Source: an uncultured Gemmatimonadaceae bacterium (GTDB lineage Bacteria > Gemmatimonadota > Gemmatimonadetes > Gemmatimonadales > GWC2-71-9). From it: 46,591 nt of DNA. The first letter of the stretch is position 1. Each line of letters starts with the position of its first letter. The stretch covers positions 1 through 46,591 of the forward strand of contig CAZXKD010000003.1 in assembly GCA_964641215.1 (NCBI GenBank). Direction: 5' to 3'. Shown in pieces: positions 44,575 through 46,591 of this stretch. Made by a program: the position numbers and the translations under genes. Below the pieces are notes generated by a model. It did not search any database, was not told the DNA's origin, and worked only from the letters and a program-made list of their open reading frames with translations.

Positions 44575-46124
44575 ACCGCATCCTGATTCTCGATTACGGC
44601 TCCCAGTTCACCCAGCTCATCGCGCGACGGGTGCGGGAGGCACATGTCTACTGCGAGATCCATCCGCCGATCCGCGGCGAGGAGGTCGCCTGGATCACAC
44701 GCTTCGCCCCCCAGGGCATCATCCTCTCCGGGGGGCCGAGCTCGGTGTTCGATCCGGGCGCGCCCACAGCCGATCCGACGCTCCTGAGCCTCGGTGTACC
44801 GGTGCTCGGCATCTGCTACGGTATGCAGCTCCTCGCCCACCTGTCGGGAGGCGCCGTCCGCCCGTCCGGTGAGCGCGAGTACGGACGGGCCGAGATCGTG
44901 GTGCAAGAGGGCGCCGGGCTGTTCGCCGGCTTCGAGCCGCAAGAGCGCATGACGGTCTGGGCGAGCCACAGCGACAGGCTGGATGCGCCGCCCCCGAGGT
45001 TTCGCGTCACCGCGTCGAGTGCCAACGCCCCGATCGCGGCGATGCAGCACGAGACGAAGCCTCTCTTCGGCGTGCTGTTCCACCCCGAAGTTGCCCACAC
45101 CCCGCGCGGCGGAGAGATCATTCATAACTTCTTGTTCGGGATCTGCAGTTGCGCGCCCGATTGGACGCCGGGCCGCTACATCGAGCAGGAAGTCGCGACG
45201 ATTCGCGAGCTCGTCGGCCCCACGCGGCGCGCCATCTGCGGCCTCTCGGGCGGGGTGGACAGCGCCGTGGCCGCGGTGCTCGTGCACCGCGCCATCGGCG
45301 AGCGGCTGAGCTGCATCTTCGTGGACCACGGCCTGCTGCGACGCCATGAGCGGGAGCAGGTGGAGCAGACCTTCCGCGCCCACCTCGGCATCGACCTGCG
45401 CGTCGTGAACGCGGGGGCGCGGTTCGTGCGCGAGCTGGACGGCGTCGCCGACCCGGAGGAGAAGCGACGCCGCATCGGCCATGCGTTCATTGACGTGTTC
45501 GAGGAAGCGGCCCGCCACGTCGAGGGGGACGTTGGCTTCCTGGTGCAAGGCACCCTGTACCCCGACGTCATCGAGTCGAGGTCGCCCCAGGGCGGTCCCT
45601 CGGTGACGATCAAGACGCACCACAACGTCGGCGGCCTGCGACCCAACCTGCCGTGGAAACTCATCGAGCCGCTCCGGGAGCTGTTCAAGGACGAGGTGCG
45701 CCAGGTGGGCCGGGAGCTCGGCCTTCCCGAGGAGATCGTCGGCCGGCACCCGTTCCCGGGACCGGGCCTCGCGATCCGGGTGATCGGCGCCGTGAGTGAG
45801 GAGCGGCTCGAGGTGCTGCGGCTGGTCGATGCCATCTACCTCGAGGAAATCCGCGCCGCTGGGTTGTACGATCGGATCTGGCAGGCGTTCGCGGTGCTGC
45901 TCCCCATCAGGTCGGTGGGAGTGATGGGCGACGGGCGCACCTACGAGCACGTGGTGGCGTTGCGCGCCGTGACCAGCCGGGACGGGATGACGGCCGACTG
46001 GTTCCCCTTCCCGGCGGAGGTGCTGGCGCGGATCAGCAATCGCATCATCAACGAGGTCCGCGGCGTCAACCGAGTGACCTACGACATCAGCTCGAAACCG
46101 CCGGCCACCATCGAGTGGGAGTGA
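44571..46124 (+). CDS. guaA: GMP synthase (glutamine-hydrolysing)
   Basis: ATGA overlap with lysA. ILDYGSQ.TQLIARR, GICYGMQ (GATase Cys), FHPEV.HT, SGGVDS (PP-loop) and the C-terminal [14 protein letters not shown] are present. Confidence 0.95.
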   Translation: MNRILILDYGSQFTQLIARRVREAHVYCEIHPPIRGEEVAWITRFAPQGIILSGGPSSVFDPGAPTADPTLLSLGVPVLGICYGMQLLAHLSGGAVRPSGEREYGRAEIVVQEGAGLFAGFEPQERMTVWASHSDRLDAPPPRFRVTASSANAPIAAMQHETKPLFGVLFHPEVAHTPRGGEIIHNFLFGICSCAPDWTPGRYIEQEVATIRELVGPTRRAICGLSGGVDSAVAAVLVHRAIGERLSCIFVDHGLLRRHEREQVEQTFRAHLGIDLRVVNAGARFVRELDGVADPEEKRRRIGHAFIDVFEEAARHVEGDVGFLVQGTLYPDVIESRSPQGGPSVTIKTHHNVGGLRPNLPWKLIEPLRELFKDEVRQVGRELGLPEEIVGRHPFPGPGLAIRVIGAVSEERLEVLRLVDAIYLEEIRAAGLYDRIWQAFAVLLPIRSVGVMGDGRTYEHVVALRAVTSRDGMTADWFPFPAEVLARISNRIINEVRGVNRVTYDISSKPPATIEWE

Positions 46125-46250
46125 AGGGGTGCGAAAGCGCCGTTGCGTCCGGCGAGCCCGTTGCACAATGCGAGACCGGCGGGACGGCGGGGAATTCGAC
46201 GGCGAGGGATAAGTGTCGCTCCCACAAGGTATAACGGCTGCGCACGGAAA

Positions 46251-46266
46251 GGGCATGGCCTTTGCA
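46251..46266 (+). promoter_or_regulatory. sigma54 (-24/-12) promoter candidate upstream of the pilin gene
   Basis: gGGCAt-ggcct-TTGCA compares with the consensus TGGCAC-N5-TTGCA. The GG and GC dinucleotides are 12 nt apart. It lies 57 nt upstream of the pilin ATG. Confidence 0.5.
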
Positions 46267-46322
46267 GAATGAACGCGCGGAAGCGTCTGCCCTCCAGTGT
46301 CCCCCGAGTGGGAGAGTGTCTG

Positions 46323-46591
46323 ATGAACCGCAAAGGCTTTACGCTGATCGAGCTGTTGATCGTGGTGGTGATCATCGGCATTCTCGCCGCCATCGCGATC
46401 CCGAAGTTCGCCAACACGAAGGAGAAGGCGTACCTGGCGTCCATGAAGGCCGACCTGCGCAACCTGGTGACCGCCGAAGAGGCTTACTTCGCCGACTCGG
46501 TGAAGTACACCACGAACCTGGGTACGGCCTACAACACGACCACAGGCGTGGTCGGGCCGACGATCGCCACGACCGCCGACGGCTGGACGGC
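46323..46591 (+). CDS. type IV pilin / prepilin-type N-terminal methylation domain protein (3' truncated by window edge)
   Basis: This is not in the ORF track because it is open-ended. ATG 46323 follows ggagag. The translation is MNRKG|FTLIELLIVVVIIGILAAIAIPKFANTKEKAYLASMKADLRNL, a class III signal peptide with the G|F cleavage site and Glu5. Confidence 0.85.
   Translation, partial: MNRKGFTLIELLIVVVIIGILAAIAIPKFANTKEKAYLASMKADLRNLVTAEEAYFADSVKYTTNLGTAYNTTTGVVGPTIATTADGWT

Overview
This is a high-GC bacterial chromosomal core region. The protein types (archaeal-type ProRS, plant/chlamydia-type long FabI, type IV pilin behind a sigma54-like promoter) suggest an FCB-group or Gemmatimonadota-like organism, but that is inference only.

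I call 43 CDS, 39 on the + strand. CDS end coordinates include the stop codon. Most are housekeeping genes packed into long translationally coupled strings:
- tyrA-aroA-cmk-rpsA
- a split acyl-CoA carboxylase block: pccB, a hypothetical, accC, a RumA-like gene, then BCCP
- rplM-rpsI
- rpsB-tsf-pyrH-frr-uppS-cdsA-dxr-rseP
- rpsO-pnp-M16 peptidase-ald-deacetylase
- a minus-strand ferredoxin-GGR-fabI block
- M28 peptidase
- mreBCD-mrdA-rodA
- accD-folC
- hisS-proS-lysA-guaA
- a partial type IV pilin gene at the 3' edge

I saw no rRNA, tRNA, CRISPR array, transposase, integrase, prophage or recognisable defence/toxin module. I cannot point to a clear new multi-gene system.

The unusual signals are these:
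1. A family of 7-8 nt tandem micro-arrays and poly-G/G-quadruplex-type tracts lies on the sense strand. Many sit inside conserved housekeeping ORFs. It includes a 32-nt element shared by two unrelated ORFs, two related long heptamer-built hairpins, a G14 run at the tsf/pyrH junction and a G9 run that looks like a frameshift point.
2. A RumA/TrmA-family methyltransferase homologue is wedged into the carboxylase operon and lacks the catalytic cysteine.
3. An archaeal-style geranylgeranyl reductase is translationally coupled to a small 2x[4Fe-4S] ferredoxin.
4. A large lipoprotein ends in a VHL-beta-like domain.

All homology statements come from motif recognition by eye and need HMM, BLAST or structure confirmation.
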